A stretch of 64,000 nucleotides of DNA from Chloroflexota bacterium. Lineage in GTDB: Bacteria > Chloroflexota > UBA6077 > JAJPHF01. The notes beneath the pieces were generated by a model. That model saw only the letters and a program-made list of their open reading frames with translations. It was not told the DNA's origin and searched no databases. This document shows, one piece after another, positions 60,571-64,000 of this stretch. Numbering within the stretch: position 1 is the stretch's first letter; each line of letters opens with the position of its first letter. The stretch covers positions 102,428-166,427 of the forward strand of contig DATGKN010000161.1 in assembly GCA_035294645.1 (NCBI GenBank). Reading direction: 5' to 3'. Position numbers and translations under genes: made by a program.

Positions 60571-61676
60571 TCAGCGGGCGGAGCCCAGCTGCCGCACCGC
60601 TTGCTGGATCAGCGACAGGTCGAGCACCGCGTCCAGATCGACGCGTTGGGAGATCAGGCCCTGTTCCAGGTACCACTCCTGGTCGTCGCGGATCGACTGG
60701 ACGTTGGGGATCGGATCGGCCTTCAGCCCCGACGGGATCGCTCGCTCGAACAGCGACCGCTCTTTCACCGTGGTGCGCTCGATGAGGATCGGCACCACCG
60801 CGTCGAATAGCGCCGGGTCGCGCTCCATGATGCCCTTCACGTAGTCGCGCACGCCGCGCGTGTAGGCGCGCAGGTAGCGCAGGGCCAGGTCGCGGTCGCC
60901 GGTCAGCCGCTCGCCGAACAGCACCACCCCGATCTGCTGGTCCGGGTAGACATCGTAGCCGATCGGCCCGCGCACCGCGATGCCGCGCTCCACCGCGATG
61001 GTGGTGAACGGCTCCTGGTAGTACGCTGCCTCGAGCGCGCGGTTGGCCAGCGCCGGAAGCTGGTCGGGAAACGGCATTACCACCAGCTCGATGTCCTTGA
61101 GCGTCAGCCCCCCCTGGCGCAGGAAGCGGTCGAGCGCGATGTCCGCCGCGCTGCCCGGGGTTCCCGAGGCCACCCGCCAGCCCCGCAAGTCGGCCGGCCC
61201 CCGGTACGCCCCGCTATCGACCAGGTCCTTGCGGATGGCGATGCCGCCGGCCGAGGCGTTGGGGAGGTTCGCGCCGTGGTCGGCGACGATCCTCACGGGT
61301 ACCCCGCGGGCGAGCGCGTTGAACAGGAAGGCGTTGATCGCCGCGCCCGCGACATCCGCCGTGCCCGAGACGACCGCTGGCACCTGGTCGGCACCGGCCA
61401 TGGGGAGGAACTCCGCCTGGATTCCCTCCTGCGCGAAGTAGCCCCGCGCGTCGGCGATGTAGCTGCCGGCGGCCGACGTGATCTGGATGTCGGTGATGCG
61501 CACAGGGGTCGGGGGCGGGGGCTGGGCGCGACCGGGACGGTGGGCGCGGCTCCGCTGGCTGGCGCGGGCACGGCGCGCTCGGGAGCGGCCCCGGGCGCAC
61601 CGGCCGCGCAGGCACTCAAGATCCAGGTCACCACGCAGACGGTGATCGCGGGGACAACGCGCCGCAGGCGATTCAT
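60571..61676 (-). pseudogene. NMT1/SsuA-like solute-binding lipoprotein interrupted by a frameshift in a poly-C/Pro-rich linker
   Basis: Signal peptide plus lipobox (MNRLRRVVPAITVCVVTWILSACAAG, ATG 61676, GGAGGA SD) in one frame. The mature SBP domain (VRITDIQ... from about 61503) is in another frame. The junction lies in cccccgcccccgacccc. Confidence 0.5.
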
Positions 61677-61714
61677 CGTGTCCTCCAGCGAGGCCTCGGC
61701 GAGCTCTCGTGGCG

Positions 61715-63061
61715 TCAGCCGTAGGAGCGCGCCGTCTCGGCGGCCGTGGTGCCGGCCGCGCGCCCGAGCGTGAGCGCCATGGCGAGCCCGCCGCCGTAGC
61801 GCTCGTAAAACGTCCCACCAGCGTCGGCGCCGGCCGCGTACAACCCGGCGATCGGCTGGCCGCCGCGATCCAGCACCCGGCAGCGAGCGTCGATGCGCAG
61901 CCCGCCGTGGGTGAAGGTGATGGCCGGCGCGAGGGCCACGGCGAAGAACTCCGGGGTGGCCAGCGGCGCCCGGTGCGCGGCACGCGGCACGGGCAGCGCG
62001 GCGTCGCTGTCGGCGGCCATGGCGTGGTTGTAGTCGGCGAGCGTGCGCGCCAGGCTGCGGGTGCGCACGCCCCAGGCGCCCAGGTGCTCGACGAGCGCCT
62101 CGAGGGTAGGGGCGGTGGTCACGCGGCCGCCCAGCGCGCGCGTGATGGCCACGCGGTCGAGGCCAGGCGGCTGCCCCAGGATGCGCCGCTCGTACACCGC
62201 GCGGTCGAACAGGGCGAACACGGTAGCCTGCTCCTGGCGGGCGGCGGCCTGCGCGTTCATCTCGTCGCCTTGCGACTCGTCGGTGAACCGCTCGCCCCCC
62301 AGGTTGACCAGCACCGCGTAGCGGCTGTAGTACGCCGTGGCAGGCAGGAAATCGCGGGGCGTGAGCACGGCCGGCGGCGCGGGCAGCAGGTGGCCATAGA
62401 AGGCGTGCAGGCCCCGGCTGGTCGCCGCGCCGACCGCGAGCCCCATCAGCAGGCCGTCGCCCACGCTGTGGGGGTTGGAGCGCACGAGCATGCGGTCGGC
62501 CCAGCGCCCGATATAGCGGGTGGTCAGCTCGGGGTTGCCCTGGAAGCCGCCGCTGGCCAGCACGACCGCGCCGCTGGCGAACGCCACGAGGCCGGCGGGC
62601 TGGCGAGCCACCACGCCGGTCACGCGCCCCGTCTCGTCGGTAGTGAGGCGCACGGCGCGGGTGCGCGTGTGCAGCTGGCCGCCACGGGCCTGGAACACGG
62701 TGGCCAGGTGGCGCAGCGCGGCCGGCGGCTCCAGGTGGTGGGTGCGGCCGAAGCGAAACTCGTTGCTCTCGGCGGGAACGACCGCCACACCGAGGGCCCG
62801 CAGCCATTGGATAGCGGCCTCGTAGCCGTCCACGAGCACGCGGCCCTGGTCGGGATCGCCGAGGGGGATAGCCGCACGCAGCGCGTCGTACGTTGGGTAG
62901 GTGGCGACGAAGCCGGCCGAGAGCGCGGCCGAGCCGCCGGGCTCGGGACCGGCCTCCAGCAGGGCCACGCGCGCCCCGTGCTCCTGAGCCGCGAGGGCGG
63001 CGGCGAGCCCGGCCATGCCGGCCCCGACCACCGTGACATCGGGGTGCAGGACGTCACGCAT
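61715..63061 (-). CDS. FAD-dependent oxidoreductase (FAD_binding_2; fumarate reductase/KstD-like flavoprotein)
   Basis: VTVVGAGMAGLAAAL dinucleotide-binding motif and C-terminal GLYAAGADAGG motif. ATGA overlap with the upstream SBP gene. Confidence 0.7.
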   Translation of the reverse strand: MRDVLHPDVTVVGAGMAGLAAALAAQEHGARVALLEAGPEPGGSAALSAGFVATYPTYDALRAAIPLGDPDQGRVLVDGYEAAIQWLRALGVAVVPAESNEFRFGRTHHLEPPAALRHLATVFQARGGQLHTRTRAVRLTTDETGRVTGVVARQPAGLVAFASGAVVLASGGFQGNPELTTRYIGRWADRMLVRSNPHSVGDGLLMGLAVGAATSRGLHAFYGHLLPAPPAVLTPRDFLPATAYYSRYAVLVNLGGERFTDESQGDEMNAQAAARQEQATVFALFDRAVYERRILGQPPGLDRVAITRALGGRVTTAPTLEALVEHLGAWGVRTRSLARTLADYNHAMAADSDAALPVPRAAHRAPLATPEFFAVALAPAITFTHGGLRIDARCRVLDRGGQPIAGLYAAGADAGGTFYERYGGGLAMALTLGRAAGTTAAETARSYG

Positions 63062-64000
63062 CAGCAGCTGGGCCTCCGCGGGTGCTCCACCGGCTGATAG
63101 GGGCCGAGCACGGCGTTGGCGTAGTCCAGGAAGCTCTGGTCTAGCACCTGGCTGATGTCCGCGCGGCGGGTGACCAGCCCGCGCTCGACGAACCAGTCCT
63201 GGTAGGCGGCCAGTCGCGCGGGGTCGAGGTAGCCGGCGGGGTTCTGGCCGGTGGGCGGGATCTTGCAGATCAGCGCCGCGTCCTTCAGCGGGGTGTACTT
63301 CTGCAGCACGTCGATCACGCGCTGGAAGTCGAGCCGGCCATCGTAGGCGTCCCAGTAGTCGCGGATGCCGCGCAGGTAGGCGACCATCCAGTTCCGCGCG
63401 GCCGGGGTGTTGCGGGCGAACGTCTCGCTGTATAGGATCCCCGCCACGTGGCCGCCGGGATCGACGTCGTCGGTGTACACGATCTTGCGCAGCACCCCGG
63501 CCTGTTCGAGCTGGGTCGCCCACGGCTCGTTGTTGATCGCCGCATCGAGCGCCTTGTTGGCCAGCGCCAAGTTCATGTCGGGGAACGGCAGCGCCACGAT
63601 CTCCACGTCGTCGCGCGTCAGCCCGCCGCGCTGGAGCATCAGCTCCAGATAGTACTCGGTCAGGGTGCCGAGCTGCTGCACGGCGACCTTCAGGCCGCGC
63701 AGGTCGCTATAGCCGGTCCATGGGTGCTGCGCCAGCAGGTCACTGCGGATCGTCAGGCTGGGGGTGGAGCGCCCGGGCAGGTTGCTGCCGTGGTCGGCCA
63801 CCAGGCGGATGCCCACGCCGCGCGCCACGGCGTTGAACAACTGGGGCGCGATGGCCCCGAAGCCCACGTCGAGCTGGTCGCTGCTGAGCAGGGCCACGAT
63901 CTCGGCGGTCGAGTTCAGGTTCACGATCTCGATCTCGATGCCCAGCTCGCGGAAGTAGCCCTGCTCCAGCGCGAGGAAGGTCGGGGCCTGGGCGGCTAGC
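63061..64000 (-). CDS. NMT1/SsuA-like solute-binding protein (5' end beyond window edge)
   Basis: The SBP body continues in frame to the window boundary (LAAQAPTFLALEQGYFRELGIEIEIVNLNST...). Confidence 0.7.
   Translation of the reverse strand, partial: LAAQAPTFLALEQGYFRELGIEIEIVNLNSTAEIVALLSSDQLDVGFGAIAPQLFNAVARGVGIRLVADHGSNLPGRSTPSLTIRSDLLAQHPWTGYSDLRGLKVAVQQLGTLTEYYLELMLQRGGLTRDDVEIVALPFPDMNLALANKALDAAINNEPWATQLEQAGVLRKIVYTDDVDPGGHVAGILYSETFARNTPAARNWMVAYLRGIRDYWDAYDGRLDFQRVIDVLQKYTPLKDAALICKIPPTGQNPAGYLDPARLAAYQDWFVERGLVTRRADISQVLDQSFLDYANAVLGPYQPVEHPRRPSC

Noticed and set aside
61677-61983. In-frame upstream extension of the SBP mature-domain frame (frame of ORF 60571-61983)
   Set aside because: No signal peptide. 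It overlaps the 3' end of the FAD oxidoreductase gene. The signal peptide is in the other frame, which makes a frameshift the better explanation.

Overview
This is a high-GC (about 70%) bacterial chromosomal segment with GC-skewed codon usage, typical of Chloroflexi/Thermomicrobia or Actinobacteria. It is densely packed with about 60 genes on both strands, many translationally coupled through ATGA overlaps. There are no rRNA or tRNA genes, CRISPR arrays, or clear mobile elements.

Main blocks:
- (i) A Tad/Flp pilus assembly operon (cpaB, cpaE with a receiver domain, cpaF, tadB, tadC), flanked by GT-C-like multi-pass membrane proteins, a DUF192 gene and a polyprenol-phosphate mannose synthase.
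- (ii) A cobalamin-riboswitch-controlled cbtB-cbtA operon extended by a ZnuBC-type ABC ATPase and permease.
- (iii) Two tandem TatA/B-family genes that each carry a C-terminal double-CxxC zinc ribbon.
- (iv) A yedE (selenium/sulfur transporter family) gene coupled to a TusA/YedF-like gene whose active-site Cys codon is an in-frame TGA, making it a candidate selenoprotein.
- (v) The glyoxylate shunt aceB-aceA with a divergent LysR regulator and a T-N11-A dyad between them.
- (vi) Three tandem paralogous small proteins with a conserved Nif11-like N-terminus and hypervariable Trp/Tyr/Pro/Gly-rich C-termini, lying convergent to a GAF protein plus an intracellular S8 subtilase operon.
- (vii) A gntR-ubiD-aldolase-SBP operon.
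- (viii) Six paralogous NMT1/SsuA-like solute-binding lipoproteins, one of them frameshifted, none with cognate ABC membrane or ATPase components.
- (ix) Assorted catabolic enzymes: fused TrpE-TrpG, an FAD oxidase, a 2OG oxygenase, a LigB-like dioxygenase, an amidohydrolase, an SDR, two ACADs and FabD.

All coordinates were derived from the supplied ORF track by residue counting. Start codons carry roughly +/-3 to 30 nt of uncertainty where noted.
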